A stretch of DNA of 64,000 nucleotides from an uncultured Acidobacteriota bacterium (GCA_964506795.1 CAZDMR010000001.1:87975-151974); one strand, 5' to 3'. Numbered from the stretch's first letter, positions 10,202 through 21,103 are shown. The notes: generated from the sequence alone by a model not told the origin. Translations and numbers: made by a program.

Positions 10202-12586
10202 ATGAAGCCCCTGATCCAGGCCTGCAGAAACTCATTAAAAGCCGTTTTTCTGCCGTTCCTGCTATGCGCCGCCGCGGTTTCTTTGCTCTCGCAGGAACCG
10301 CTCCCTTATCGGGACTCGAAGCTGCCGACTGAACATAGGATTGCGGACTTATTGGCGCGCATGACTCTCGAGGAGAAGGTCGCCCAGCTCACAAGCGCGA
10401 TGGAAAGGACCGTAAACGCGGCGGATCCCAAATCCTCGTTTGTGGATTCCAAGGGATCCTTTTTGCCGGAACGGGCGGCGGAATTAATGAAAGACGGCAT
10501 TGGCCAGATAGCGCGGCCCAGCGGAATGCGGGGCCCGGGCGAAATGGCCGAGTTCACCAACGCCGTCCAGAAATGGTTCCGGGACAATACGCGGCTTGGC
10601 ATTCCGGTTCTTTTCCACGAAGAATGCCTGCACGGCCACGCCGCTCAAAAAGGAACTTCCTTCCCCCAAGCTCTAGCATTGGCTTCGACCTGGGATCCGG
10701 AAATTGTGGAAGCCGTCTTCTCCGCTACGGCTCGAGAAGTGCGGGCTCGCGGATCCCAGCAGTGTTTGACCCCGGTGCTGGATCTGGCGCGCGATCCCCG
10801 GTGGGGCCGGACGGAAGAAACCTACGGAGAGGATCCCTATCTCGCATCGCTCATCGCAGTTGCCGCAGTCAAGGGCTTTCAGGGCGCCGGCCCATGCATT
10901 GACAAGTCCCACGTGATCGCCACCGCTAAGCACTTCGCTGTTCATGGACAGCCGGAAGGAGGGAAGAACACGGCTCCGGGGAATTATTCGGAGCGCATCT
11001 TGCGCGAGTATTTCCTGAAGCCTTTTGAAGCGGCGGTTCGCGAAGCGGGAATCCATAGCGTCATGGCCTCGTATAACGAGATCGACGGCATTCCGGCGCA
11101 CGGCAATCCATACATCCTGAACGATATCCTGAGGCAGGAATGGGGGTTTGAAGGCATCGTCGTCTCGGACTACTTCGGGATCAGACAACTGAGGTCGAAG
11201 CATTCCGTCGTGGGGACCGACGAAGAGGCCGCCAAGCTTGCGCTGGAAGCAGGCGTCGACATCGAGCTGCCCTATGCCGAGGTAAACCACCATCTGCTGG
11301 ACATGGTAAAGCAGGGGAAGTTGTCTGAATCCTATGTAGACCGCGCCGTATGCCGCATCCTGCGCGCAAAATTTCTGGCCGGACTTTTCGATGATCCTTT
11401 CGTCGATCCGCGCGAGGCGGAAAAAATAACCAACAGCGAAGCGCACCGGCGGCTGGCCCTGCAAGCGGCTCACAGGGCCGTAATCCTTCTTAAAAATGAA
11501 GGGAATTTGCTTCCGCTTAGGGCGGCGGATTACAAAAGGATTGCCGTTATCGGTCCCAACGCAGCCGAAGTGCATCTCGGCGGCTACAGCGGCATGCCTG
11601 GGCGGGGAGTGAGCATTCTGCGGGGAATCAGGGAAAAGGCTGCGGCGGCGGGCATTGAGATTTTGTACGCCGAGGGCGTCAAAATCACCGAAACAAAAGC
11701 GGATTCGGAAACCTTCCCGACTTGGCAGGATAGAGCCGTTCTTGCCGATGCCGCGTCGAACGCAAAACGCATCCGGGAAGCTGTTCAAGCTGCCGACAAA
11801 TCCGACCTTATCATTCTTGCGCTGGGCGGGAATGAGCAGACGTGCCGCGAAGCTTGGGGACCGAACCATTTGGGAGACCGAAGCAGCCTGGATTTGCTCG
11901 GCAACCAGGACGACTTGGCCAGAGCGATGGTCGCTCTGAAAAAGCCGATCGTGGTGTTTCTGATTCACGGCCGGCCGAATTCAATCAATTACGTGGCGGA
12001 AAACGTTCCCGCCATCCTTGAAGGGTGGTACCTGGGACAGGAAACCGGAACGGCCGTCGCCGATGTTCTTTTCGGCGATTATAATCCGGGAGGCAAGCTG
12101 CCCCTATCGGTGCCCCGCTCCGCAGGCCAGCTGCCGGCATACTATAATCGAAAACCTTCGGCCCAGCTTCAGTACGTGGATTCAACCGATACGCCCCTGT
12201 TTCCTTTCGGCTGGGGCCTCAGCTACACCGCTTTCAAGTATGGAGATATTTCCCTGACGCCCGATACCATCGGACCGGGCGGAAAGACCAGGGTTTCTGT
12301 TGAAGTCGCCAATTCCGGCGCCGTGCGCGGCGATGAAGTCGTGCAGTTGTATATCCGCGATGAAGTCAGCTCGGTCACGCGGCCGATCAAGGAACTGAAA
12401 GGATTCCGGCGCATCACGCTCGATCCCGGGGAGTCCAAAACGGTGGAGTTCATCCTGGGCCCCGAGGAGCTTTCTTTCCTTGGCCGCGACATGCGGAGAA
12501 TCGTGGAACCCGGGACTTTCAAGATCATGGCGGGAGGCAATTCGGCAGATCTTATAGAAACCACATTGAACGTAGCTGCCCGATAA
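10202..12586 (+). CDS. bglX: Glycoside hydrolase family 3 beta-glucosidase (BglX-like), secreted
   Basis: 794 aa with an N-terminal signal peptide. GH3 motifs are present (LTLEEKVAQL, GFEGIVVSDY with the catalytic Asp) plus a C-terminal fibronectin-like domain. Confidence 0.88.
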   Translation: MKPLIQACRNSLKAVFLPFLLCAAAVSLLSQEPLPYRDSKLPTEHRIADLLARMTLEEKVAQLTSAMERTVNAADPKSSFVDSKGSFLPERAAELMKDGIGQIARPSGMRGPGEMAEFTNAVQKWFRDNTRLGIPVLFHEECLHGHAAQKGTSFPQALALASTWDPEIVEAVFSATAREVRARGSQQCLTPVLDLARDPRWGRTEETYGEDPYLASLIAVAAVKGFQGAGPCIDKSHVIATAKHFAVHGQPEGGKNTAPGNYSERILREYFLKPFEAAVREAGIHSVMASYNEIDGIPAHGNPYILNDILRQEWGFEGIVVSDYFGIRQLRSKHSVVGTDEEAAKLALEAGVDIELPYAEVNHHLLDMVKQGKLSESYVDRAVCRILRAKFLAGLFDDPFVDPREAEKITNSEAHRRLALQAAHRAVILLKNEGNLLPLRAADYKRIAVIGPNAAEVHLGGYSGMPGRGVSILRGIREKAAAAGIEILYAEGVKITETKADSETFPTWQDRAVLADAASNAKRIREAVQAADKSDLIILALGGNEQTCREAWGPNHLGDRSSLDLLGNQDDLARAMVALKKPIVVFLIHGRPNSINYVAENVPAILEGWYLGQETGTAVADVLFGDYNPGGKLPLSVPRSAGQLPAYYNRKPSAQLQYVDSTDTPLFPFGWGLSYTAFKYGDISLTPDTIGPGGKTRVSVEVANSGAVRGDEVVQLYIRDEVSSVTRPIKELKGFRRITLDPGESKTVEFILGPEELSFLGRDMRRIVEPGTFKIMAGGNSADLIETTLNVAAR

Positions 12587-12607
12587 AGCGGGCCGGAGTC
12601 TTTCGTT

Positions 12608-13384
12608 ATGACCTGCAAGCCTTTGAGCTTGGAAAACCGCACGGCGGTCGTGATCGGCGGCACGACGGGCATCGGGAAAGCCTTGAGCCTCGGTCTTGCG
12701 GAAGCAGGCGCCGACGTGATTGCTTCCGCGCGGCATATGGAGCAGATCCAGTCCGTCTCGGCGGAAATTGAGGAGCGCGGACGGCGGACCTTGCGCAGAC
12801 AATGCGACGTCACCGATGCCGCTTCCATCGAATCCCTGCTCAAGGCGGCCATCGGGGCTTTCGGCAAGGTCGACATCCTGATTAACTGCGCCGGGAAAAC
12901 AAAACGCGTTCCTACGCTTGAGATGGGAGAGCAGGACTGGAACGAGATATTGGAAACCAATTTTACCGGCACCCTGCGCGCTTGCACCATTTTCGGCCGC
13001 CACATGATCGAGCAGCGGTACGGCCGGATCATCAACATTGCGTCCTTGGCTTCGTTCCTCGGTTTTTTTGAGGTCGCGGCCTACGCCGTGAGCAAGGCGG
13101 CCGTGGCGTCCCTTACCAAATCGCTCGCCGTAGAGTGGGGCGCCTACGGGGTTTGCGTGAACGCGATAGCCCCGGGCGTTTTTCGCACTCACTTAAACCA
13201 GGCGCTTCTGGACGGCACGGAACGCGGCAGGGAATTCCTGCTGCGCACGCCGATGAAGCGTTTCGGCAAAGTGGAGGAATTGGCCGGCGCGGCGGTTTTT
13301 CTGGCGTCCGAAGCGGCAAGTTTCGTCAACGGCGAGATCCTTGTCGTGGACGGCGGTTTTCTCGCAAGCGGCGTAAATCAATAG
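12608..13384 (+). CDS. SDR-family oxidoreductase (KduD/gluconate-5-dehydrogenase-like)
   Basis: Rossmann motif TAVVIGGTTGIGKA, NCAG, and the YxxxK catalytic motif (YAVSKAAV). Placement next to uxaC suggests a role in hexuronate catabolism. Confidence 0.8.
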   Translation: MTCKPLSLENRTAVVIGGTTGIGKALSLGLAEAGADVIASARHMEQIQSVSAEIEERGRRTLRRQCDVTDAASIESLLKAAIGAFGKVDILINCAGKTKRVPTLEMGEQDWNEILETNFTGTLRACTIFGRHMIEQRYGRIINIASLASFLGFFEVAAYAVSKAAVASLTKSLAVEWGAYGVCVNAIAPGVFRTHLNQALLDGTERGREFLLRTPMKRFGKVEELAGAAVFLASEAASFVNGEILVVDGGFLASGVNQ

Positions 13385-13468
13385 GGGCGGAAACGCCGTT
13401 CCATGGCGCAGTCGATTCCCGCGCCCGCGCAAGGCAGCTTCGGCGGCCGGGATAGGAATTTTGAGAAA

Positions 13469-14884
13469 ATGAGTCCTGAACTGGTTCTGCACGAAGACCG
13501 CCTGTTCCCTTCGGATCCCGGCCAGCGCGCTATCGCCCGCCGCCTGTATAACGGGGTGCGGAATCTGCCGATCATCAGTCCCCACGGCCACACGGATCCC
13601 GAATGGTTTGCCGAGAATAAAGCATTTTCCGATCCCGCAACGCTGCTGATCACCCCGGATCATTATATCTACCGCATGCTTTACAGCCGCGGTGTTGCTC
13701 TCGAGTCGCTGGGAATACCCCGAACGGACGGGGGGGAGGTCGAGCGGGATCCCCGCAAAATATGGCGCCTTTTCGCACAACACTGGCATCTCTTCCGAGG
13801 CACGCCCACGCAGCTGTGGCTCCATCATGCTCTGCACGAAGTGTTCGGCGTCCGGGAGCGCCTGACGAGCGAATCCGCGGACCGCATATACGACGCCGTC
13901 TCCCATTGTCTTTCGAGCCCTGAATTCCTGCCGCGCGCGCTTTTCGAGCGTTTCCGCATTGAAGTGCTTGCCACCACCGAGTCCCCCCTGGATCCGCTCG
14001 CGCACCATCTCAAGCTGCGCCGGTCGGATTGGAAAGGCCGCATTGTTCCGACCTATCGGCCGGATCCCGTGGTGGATCCGGAATACGAGGATTTTTCCGC
14101 AAATGTCCGGCGGCTCGGTGCCATCACCGGAGAGGACTCCGAAACCTGGACCGGCTACCTGAAAGCGCTGGAGGACCGCCGCCGCTTTTTCAAATCCCTC
14201 GGCGCAACGGCCACGGACCACGGGCATGTTTCGGCCGCCACTTCCGACCTGTCGCGTTCCCAATGCGAATCCCTTTTTGAAAAAGCCGTCTCGGGGACAA
14301 TATCGCCGGCGGAGGCCGAACTATTCCGGGGCCAGATGCTTATGGAAATGGCGCGCATGAGCATCGAAGACGGTCTTGTCCTGCAGCTTCATCCCGGCTC
14401 TTTTCGCAACCACAACTCGGCGATTTTCCGCGGCTTCGGCAGGGACAGGGGGGCGGACATTCCGCTGCCGACGGACTTTGTGCGCAATTTGAAGCCTCTG
14501 CTCGACCGCTACGGAAACGATTCGCGGCTGTCCATCATCCTTTTCACTCTGGACGAGTCGGCCTATTCCAGAGAACTGGCGCCGCTGGCCGGCCACTACC
14601 CGGTTTTGACCCTGGGCCCGGCCTGGTGGTTTTACGACAGCCCCGAGGGAATGCGCTTCTACCGAGAGCGGACTATGGAAACGGCCGGATTTTACAATAC
14701 CGCGGGCTTTAATGACGATACGCGCGCATTCCCGTCCATACCGGCGCGCCACGATGTTGCGCGGCGAATGGATTGCGCTTTTCTTGCGCGCCTGGTTGCC
14801 GAACACCGGCTCGATGAAGATGAAGCGCGGGAAGTCGCGGTCGATCTGGCGTACCGTCTTGCCAAGCGGATATACAGGCTCTAG
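13469..14884 (+). CDS. uxaC: Glucuronate (uronate) isomerase
   Basis: ARRLYNGVRNLPIISPHGHTDPEWF matches the UxaC N-terminus ([21 protein letters not shown]). 471 aa from ATG 13469, the same length as E. coli UxaC. An alternative upstream ATG at 13403 would add 22 aa. Confidence 0.85.
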   Translation: MSPELVLHEDRLFPSDPGQRAIARRLYNGVRNLPIISPHGHTDPEWFAENKAFSDPATLLITPDHYIYRMLYSRGVALESLGIPRTDGGEVERDPRKIWRLFAQHWHLFRGTPTQLWLHHALHEVFGVRERLTSESADRIYDAVSHCLSSPEFLPRALFERFRIEVLATTESPLDPLAHHLKLRRSDWKGRIVPTYRPDPVVDPEYEDFSANVRRLGAITGEDSETWTGYLKALEDRRRFFKSLGATATDHGHVSAATSDLSRSQCESLFEKAVSGTISPAEAELFRGQMLMEMARMSIEDGLVLQLHPGSFRNHNSAIFRGFGRDRGADIPLPTDFVRNLKPLLDRYGNDSRLSIILFTLDESAYSRELAPLAGHYPVLTLGPAWWFYDSPEGMRFYRERTMETAGFYNTAGFNDDTRAFPSIPARHDVARRMDCAFLARLVAEHRLDEDEAREVAVDLAYRLAKRIYRL

Positions 14885-14972
14885 CAGCCCGCACGCTTGG
14901 AAGCCTCGGCTGTTTTTCGATGGTGGACGTTGAACGAAGAAGAGCCGCGCGGCCGCTTTCGCATAAACGCCT

Positions 14973-16274
14973 ATGGCAAAAAAAATAGAAATAAAGGGAT
15001 TGCGCTGGTGGATTGTCATCCTGCTTATGGGGATCACCACCATCAATTATCTTGATCGCTTGACCCTATCCGTTGCCGCTCCCGAACTTAAACGGAGCCT
15101 GGCCATCGATGAAGTCGATTTTTCCCATATCGTTATGGCCTTCCAGCTGGCCTACATGATTATGATGCCCGTCATGGGGCGCGTCCTCGATTGGCTCGGC
15201 CTGCGGCTGGGATTCACCCTCTCGATCATTACATGGTCGATCGCTCAAATGGCTACGGCAGCTGCAACGGGCTGGCGATCGTTCGCGTTGTTCCGCGCAT
15301 TGCTCGGAACAACGGAGGCCGGCAACTTCCCCGGGGGGATCAAGGCCGTTTCCCAATGGTTTCGGCCGAAGGAGAGGACAGTCGCCACGGGGCTTATGAA
15401 TGTGGGCGCGGGCCTGGGAGCTATTATCGCGCCCCCCCTGGTGGCCTTCCTGATACTCCGATACAGCTGGCAGTCTGCGTTTGTCGTGACCGGCGGCGTC
15501 GGCTTGGTTTGGTCCGTCTTCTGGATGCTTCTATACAGATCCCCTGAAGAGCATCCTTGGCTTTCAAAGGGAGAGCTGGACTATATCGCGGACGGCAAAG
15601 GGGAGCTTTCAGTGGAGGAAGCTCCAGACGCGAAAGGCGTGTGGAAGGTCATCCTCCCCCAGAGGAATTTCTGGGCCATCGGCATCGCCCGATTCTTTTC
15701 AGAACCCGCCTGGCAATTTTTCAGCTACTGGATCCCATTGTACCTGGCCACCGAAAGGCAGCTGGATTTGAAACAGATCGGCTACTTCGCATGGCTGCCG
15801 TTTCTTGCCGCGGACCTCGGCTCGGTATTCGGAGGCTACCTTTCGCCGTTCTTTATCAAGAGGGGGCGCATGCCCGTCATCAAGGCGCGCAAGTGCTCCG
15901 CGGCCGTGGCCGCTTTTTTGATGGTGTTCTCCGCCTTTATCGGGAAAGCGCCGTCGGTCGAATGGGCGATCTTCTTCTTCTGCATCGGGGCTTTTGCACA
16001 CCAGGCCATGTCCGCGACCCTGATGACGCTGCCGGCGGATGTCTTTCCCAAAAGGACGGTCGCCACCGCAAACGGCCTGTCCGGAACAGTCGCCATATTC
16101 AGCGGCATGGTTTTCACCAAAATCGTGGGCATCGTGGCCCGGGATATCGGATACGGGCCGTTGTTTATTTCCATCGCATTTCTCGATATCATCGGTGTTT
16201 CATTTCTCTGGCGGCTGCTGCGCGAACCCAAACGCTTCGCCGCAGATAATACCGAAGAGCTTCCGCTTCAATGA
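14973..16274 (+). CDS. exuT: MFS transporter, hexuronate/ExuT-like
   Basis: 433 aa with 12 predicted transmembrane segments. The MFS motif GRVLDWLG...LLGTTEAGNFPG matches the anion:cation symporter (ExuT) family, and the gene lies immediately downstream of uxaC. Confidence 0.75.
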   Translation: MAKKIEIKGLRWWIVILLMGITTINYLDRLTLSVAAPELKRSLAIDEVDFSHIVMAFQLAYMIMMPVMGRVLDWLGLRLGFTLSIITWSIAQMATAAATGWRSFALFRALLGTTEAGNFPGGIKAVSQWFRPKERTVATGLMNVGAGLGAIIAPPLVAFLILRYSWQSAFVVTGGVGLVWSVFWMLLYRSPEEHPWLSKGELDYIADGKGELSVEEAPDAKGVWKVILPQRNFWAIGIARFFSEPAWQFFSYWIPLYLATERQLDLKQIGYFAWLPFLAADLGSVFGGYLSPFFIKRGRMPVIKARKCSAAVAAFLMVFSAFIGKAPSVEWAIFFFCIGAFAHQAMSATLMTLPADVFPKRTVATANGLSGTVAIFSGMVFTKIVGIVARDIGYGPLFISIAFLDIIGVSFLWRLLREPKRFAADNTEELPLQ

Positions 16275-17446
16275 CGTCGAGGGCTGATTCAATGAAGTTT
16301 AAAACACTGCCGGTCTTTTTGGCTTTTTTCCTCATGGGGCTTGCCGACGCCATGGGCCCCATGTCCGACGGAGTGAGAGAGAAGTACGAAATCAGCAATG
16401 TGGCGGCGACTTTACTGCCGTTTTTTGTTTTCATCGCCTTCGCGGTATTCAGCCTCCCGGGCGGACTTTTGGCCGCCCGCATCGGAAAAAAGAAACTGCT
16501 GCTGCTGGGGCTGGGTATCAATGCGGTCGCGCTGCTGGTTCCGTCCATTGACATGCCCGATTTTGTTCTTTTGCTGGGATGCATATTTTTATTGGGCATA
16601 GGAACCACGTTCCTGCAGGTCTCGGGCAATCCCATCATGCGGGACGTCAGCCCTGAAGGGGCGTACAGCCGCAATCTCAGCCTGGCCCAGGGTATAAAGG
16701 GCATCGGCAGCACCCTGTCAACCTATTTGGTGACCGCCATGACGGGCTTTGCTTTATTCCGCGGCATGGGGTGGAGGGGAGCCTTCCCGCTGTTTTTTGT
16801 TCTCATGGTCTTGGCGTTCATCGCGGTTACGTTTTTGAAGGTCGAAGAAACCAGGGCAGCCGAGCCGCCCAGTCTGCGATCCAATCTCCGTCTTTTGAAG
16901 GAACCTGTTTTTCTTTTCGCGGTGATCGGCATTTTTCTTTACGTGGGGGCCGAATCCTGCATGGGCCGGTTTCTCAAGCCGGCGCTCCAGAGTCTCGGCA
17001 TGGCCGACCGGGCCGCCGGGAAATGGGGGCCCTCTCTTTTCTTTCTATTGCTTACCCTCGGCCGCCTGCTCGGCGGCGCGGTTCTCTCGGTCATGAGCCC
17101 GCGCAGTTGTTTTCGCCTCTCGGCTCTGTTGGGCGCCGCAGGCGCCGCAATTCTTTCATCCGGGCACTCCTCCCTGGCGGTTCCGGCTGTTATCGCGGCA
17201 GGGTTGGGCTTTGCCAACATTTGGCCGATGCTCTTTTCAATCACCATAGAAAACAGACCGCAATGCGCAAACGAGCTCAGCGGTCTCATGTGCATGGCAA
17301 TTTCCGGCGGCGCGCTTTTGCCGTTGCTCATGGGCTGGCTGGTCGATTTGGGATGGGGGAGCGCCTCTTTTATCGTTCCCGCCCTGTCGTTCCTCTATCT
17401 GCTGCTGCTTTCACTCAAAGGCCGGGAGAAGGTCCAGGAAGCCTGA
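16271..17446 (+). CDS. MFS sugar transporter (FucP / glucose-galactose permease-like)
   Basis: 391 aa, about 12 transmembrane segments. The FucP-like N-terminus (LPVFLAFFLMGLADAMGPMSDGVREKY) is present. Overlaps the exuT stop by 4 nt. Confidence 0.7.
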   Translation: MTSRADSMKFKTLPVFLAFFLMGLADAMGPMSDGVREKYEISNVAATLLPFFVFIAFAVFSLPGGLLAARIGKKKLLLLGLGINAVALLVPSIDMPDFVLLLGCIFLLGIGTTFLQVSGNPIMRDVSPEGAYSRNLSLAQGIKGIGSTLSTYLVTAMTGFALFRGMGWRGAFPLFFVLMVLAFIAVTFLKVEETRAAEPPSLRSNLRLLKEPVFLFAVIGIFLYVGAESCMGRFLKPALQSLGMADRAAGKWGPSLFFLLLTLGRLLGGAVLSVMSPRSCFRLSALLGAAGAAILSSGHSSLAVPAVIAAGLGFANIWPMLFSITIENRPQCANELSGLMCMAISGGALLPLLMGWLVDLGWGSASFIVPALSFLYLLLLSLKGREKVQEA

Positions 17447-17673
17447 TCGATTTATTTCGCAAAAGCGCCGTCGGGAAAATCGGCATGAATCACAGCGATG
17501 ACAGGCGCATCGCACGGAAGCCCGAAGATTTTTTCGGCATTCCGCCTGTATTGTCCATCACGCAGAGCTTTTCGCTTATGGAGAAGCAAACGCCGTATTG
17601 TTGCACGCATCATCTCGGAGCATGCGCCGCCATAGGGCGCTCAAAGAAGACAGCTTGAGGAAGGAATAATAGA

Positions 17674-19011
17674 ATGATGGAAAAACCGGGAAATTGGAGT
17701 TTATGGACGGCCGAAGAAAAGCGGAAGTTCAGGCTGGATGCCTGGGTCCGCGGCGAAGGCATAAAGTTCGAAAATGCCGAGGCGCGTACGAAATATCGGG
17801 AACGGGCTCAACGGCTGCGCGATGCGTTGGAATTAAAGACGCCCGACAGGGTGCCGGTCGTCGGCCTCGGCGGCGCTTTTGTCTATCGCCGCGCCGGCGT
17901 CCCCCAGAAAGCAACCATGTACGACCGCTGGGAAGAAGCTTGCCAGGCGGCCGTCAAGTTCCAGGAAGACTTCGAGCCTGATTGCTCCTCACCGACATTC
18001 ATGATGTCGGGGGATTCCATGGCATTGTTGGGACTCACCAACATGAAATGGGCCGGGTACGGACTTGCCGACGACGTGCAGTACCAGTTTGTTGAGAAGG
18101 AGCTTATGAAAGCGGAAGAATACGACCATTTTCTAGAAGATCCTTCAGACTTCGTGCTGCGGCGCTATCTTCCCCGCATGTACGCCTCATTAAAAGGACT
18201 GGAGAGGATGCCCTGGTTCGGAAGCGACGGCATTCAACTCGGCGGCAGAACCATATCCGCTTTCATGGAGCCGGAGGTCCAGGAGGCTTTGTCTATTATG
18301 AAAAGAGCGGCTGAAATGTCCGTTCTGCCCGCGAAAATCTCGATGGAATACTCGGACCGAATGAGAGAAATGGGTTATCCCAGAATGTTCATGGGATTCG
18401 GCGCCGCGCCTTTCGACGTCATCGGAGATACGATGCGGGGGACGCGCGGAATCATGACCGACGTGTACCGCTGCCCGGATAAGGTAATAAAAGCCTGCGA
18501 AAAGGTGGTACGGCTCGTATCCGCTCCGGATGTCCCCCTGGGCGAGCCGCCCCTGATCATGATGCCTCTTCACAAGGGAGACGACACCCACATATCTCTG
18601 CAGCAGTTCGAAAAGTTCTATTGGCCCACCTTCAAGCAGACCATGATGAATATGATCGAAGAAGGGTTGATTCCGGCTCCGTTTGCCGAGGGGGCTTACA
18701 CCAGGCGATTGAACCACCTTACGGAGCTTCCCCCGGCTTCCGTATTGTGGCTTTTCGACCGTACGGACATGCATCGGGCAAAAGACATCCTGGGCGGCCA
18801 CAGCCCCTTCATGGGCAATGTCCCCATTCCCATGATCGCGACAGGAACTCCCGGACAAGTCAAAGCCTATTGCAAAGATCTCATCGATTATTGCGGCAAG
18901 GGAGGCGGCTATATCCTCTGTTCCGGCGCCCAGCTGGACGAAGCCAGAGACGATACAGTTCGCGCAATGATTGACTCTGTAAAGGAATACGGCGTTTATC
19001 GACAGAGCTGA
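17674..19011 (+). CDS. Uroporphyrinogen decarboxylase (URO-D) family protein
   Basis: 445 aa. The C-terminal two-thirds carry URO-D-like blocks (PLHKGDD...FEKFYWP...GN...GTP..V...GGGYIL..G). The substrate is unknown. Confidence 0.5.
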   Translation: MMEKPGNWSLWTAEEKRKFRLDAWVRGEGIKFENAEARTKYRERAQRLRDALELKTPDRVPVVGLGGAFVYRRAGVPQKATMYDRWEEACQAAVKFQEDFEPDCSSPTFMMSGDSMALLGLTNMKWAGYGLADDVQYQFVEKELMKAEEYDHFLEDPSDFVLRRYLPRMYASLKGLERMPWFGSDGIQLGGRTISAFMEPEVQEALSIMKRAAEMSVLPAKISMEYSDRMREMGYPRMFMGFGAAPFDVIGDTMRGTRGIMTDVYRCPDKVIKACEKVVRLVSAPDVPLGEPPLIMMPLHKGDDTHISLQQFEKFYWPTFKQTMMNMIEEGLIPAPFAEGAYTRRLNHLTELPPASVLWLFDRTDMHRAKDILGGHSPFMGNVPIPMIATGTPGQVKAYCKDLIDYCGKGGGYILCSGAQLDEARDDTVRAMIDSVKEYGVYRQS

Positions 19012-19199
19012 TGTTGCAGCGGCTTGCCGGCCCGGCGCTGGCTGCGCGCTTGCGCGCACCAACGGTCCCGCACAGCGACAGATGCCTCAGCAGCCCCTGG
19101 TATAAGCACAAAACGCCGCGCGCACAGCGATCGCGAGGCAATCTCAAGGCGCGGAGGAGCCGCTCAATGCCGCAGTAGAAGCTTCATGAATCGATCGGA

Positions 19200-19544
19200 T
19201 TAACGCGCGACCAGCTTATTGACAAGCACAACAAGATCAAGCGGAGTGCGCCCGAAGCGAACGGCGATTCTGTTCATCGGTTCGTGCTCGGACATTATTC
19301 GGGACGTCCGGAGGACATTGCCGGTCAACGACAGGGGCTCCTTCAGAAGCGGAGTCCGCAGCGTGATGCTTATTTCGCTCCCTGCGGGCGCCGGAAATTT
19401 TGACGACACCAGCGCTCCCTTTATCGAAAGGTCCACGATCACACCTTCATAGATTCCATCTCCGCAGGCAATAGTGCAATCCATGCGCGCGATGACGCGC
19501 GAATTGCTGCGCCGATCCTGCGTCTCTTTCCCGCTTAGGCCCAT
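19200..19544 (-). CDS. PilZ-domain (c-di-GMP-binding) protein
   Basis: An RxxxR motif (RRSNSRV) and a D/NxSxxG-type motif (DLSIKGALV) are present. The start is placed at ATG 19544, preceded by AAGGAAGGG. Confidence 0.7.
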   Translation of the reverse strand: MGLSGKETQDRRSNSRVIARMDCTIACGDGIYEGVIVDLSIKGALVSSKFPAPAGSEISITLRTPLLKEPLSLTGNVLRTSRIMSEHEPMNRIAVRFGRTPLDLVVLVNKLVAR

Positions 19545-19813
19545 AACTTTGCCCTTCCTTAATGTCTTGATCGGAAGCAATCGTCAAAACATTAACCGGC
19601 ATTCCTATGATTATTCCCCGAATGGCGCTTCGCGCATCCGGCGACGCCTGAAGATTAAAGCCGGGATTGCTGATGACGCCGGCCTTAACGCGGCTATTTA
19701 TATCGGCGGGGCAAACACGCTTCAAAATTCTTACAAAATTATGAAATAGCTTTTTAGTTACTTACCGATATACATATTTTACCCTTTAATCTTTATAGGC
19801 AGGCCGTCAAAAA

Positions 19814-21103
19814 ATGGATGAAACCGTAGGGCGAACCTGGGATAAATTCGTCGCCCGGCAGCCGATCATGGACAGCCGTAAGAATATAGTTGCCTACGAG
19901 CTGCTGTTTCGTTCGGGCCTTGAAAACTTTTTCGAGTCTTCATTGCCCGACCATGCATCTTCCAGCGTGCTGGTCTCCAGTTTCCTCCTTTTGGGCATCC
20001 AATCGCTCACCGGAGGCCGCAGGGCGTTTGTCAATTTCACCGAAAAACTCCTCGAGGGGGGATATGCAACTCTTCTTCCACCGGAACGTGCAGTCATTGA
20101 AATCATCGAAGACGTGCGCCCCGGGAAAGCGGTTCTGGATGCCTGCCGATACTTGAAGCAAAAAGGGTATATGCTTGCCCTGGACGATTATCCCCCCGAC
20201 GGCCGGATGGCGCCGTTGCTTCCCTATGCCGACATTGTTAAAGTGGACTGGCTGCAAACACAGACGCAGGCTTGCCGACAATTGGCCGAGGAGCTTGCTC
20301 TCAAAGGGATCCACCTCCTCGCTGAAAAGATCGAGACTTATGAGCAGTATCATCAGGCCCTCGGAATGGGTTATCGTCTTTTCCAGGGATTCTTTTTCTG
20401 CCAACCGGAAATCCTTACGGGACGCGACATCCCGCTGCTTCAAACCAACAGCCTCCTGCTTCTGCACGAAGTGAACAAAGAAGAACCCGATCTCGCAGCC
20501 ATCGAGCGGATTTTGCTGCGGGAACCGTCGCTCTGCTACAAACTGCTGCGGTATCTCAACTCCGCCATCTTTTATTTCCATGGCCCCATCACATCCATAC
20601 GCCATGCGCTTTCGCTTCTGGGAATGCAGGAAGTGCGGAAGTGGATCTCCATCATAACTCTTGCCAGCATGGGAGAAGAAAAGCCGGATGCCCTGGTTGT
20701 CACCTCCGTGATCCGGGCAAAATTCTGTGAATCCATCGCAAGAGCCGCGGGGCAGACGCCGCATTGCACCGATTGTTTTCTGACGGGGCTTTTTTCGCTT
20801 ATAGACGCCATCCTGGACAAACCCATGGAAACGCTGCTGAGCGAATTGCCTATATCGGAGGAAATACAATCTGCGCTTCTTGGGAAAGAGAGCCACTGCC
20901 TGCCGGTTCTCGATCTGGTTTGCGCTTACGAAAAAAGCGACTGGGACCGCGTTTCCATCATCGCAGGCGCGCTTAATCTGGAGGAAGCGCGAATTACGCA
21001 ATCCTACATTGATTCCATCTCTTGGTTCCAAGAAATCGCCGCCGCGGATGCGCCCGCCTCTGAACCGGACGCTCGCGCGCAGCTTTTGTTGGAGACCCAT
21101 TAG
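19814..21103 (+). CDS. EAL-like (ELL variant) plus HDOD-domain signalling protein
   Basis: The N-terminus QPIMDSRKNIVAYELLFRSG is the EAL-domain start with the catalytic glutamate retained. The EAL core (ALDDYP...KVD...QGFFFCQP) is followed by an HDOD domain (LLREPSLCYKLLRYLNSAIF...LSLLGMQEVRKWI). Confidence 0.75.
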   Translation: MDETVGRTWDKFVARQPIMDSRKNIVAYELLFRSGLENFFESSLPDHASSSVLVSSFLLLGIQSLTGGRRAFVNFTEKLLEGGYATLLPPERAVIEIIEDVRPGKAVLDACRYLKQKGYMLALDDYPPDGRMAPLLPYADIVKVDWLQTQTQACRQLAEELALKGIHLLAEKIETYEQYHQALGMGYRLFQGFFFCQPEILTGRDIPLLQTNSLLLLHEVNKEEPDLAAIERILLREPSLCYKLLRYLNSAIFYFHGPITSIRHALSLLGMQEVRKWISIITLASMGEEKPDALVVTSVIRAKFCESIARAAGQTPHCTDCFLTGLFSLIDAILDKPMETLLSELPISEEIQSALLGKESHCLPVLDLVCAYEKSDWDRVSIIAGALNLEEARITQSYIDSISWFQEIAAADAPASEPDARAQLLLETH

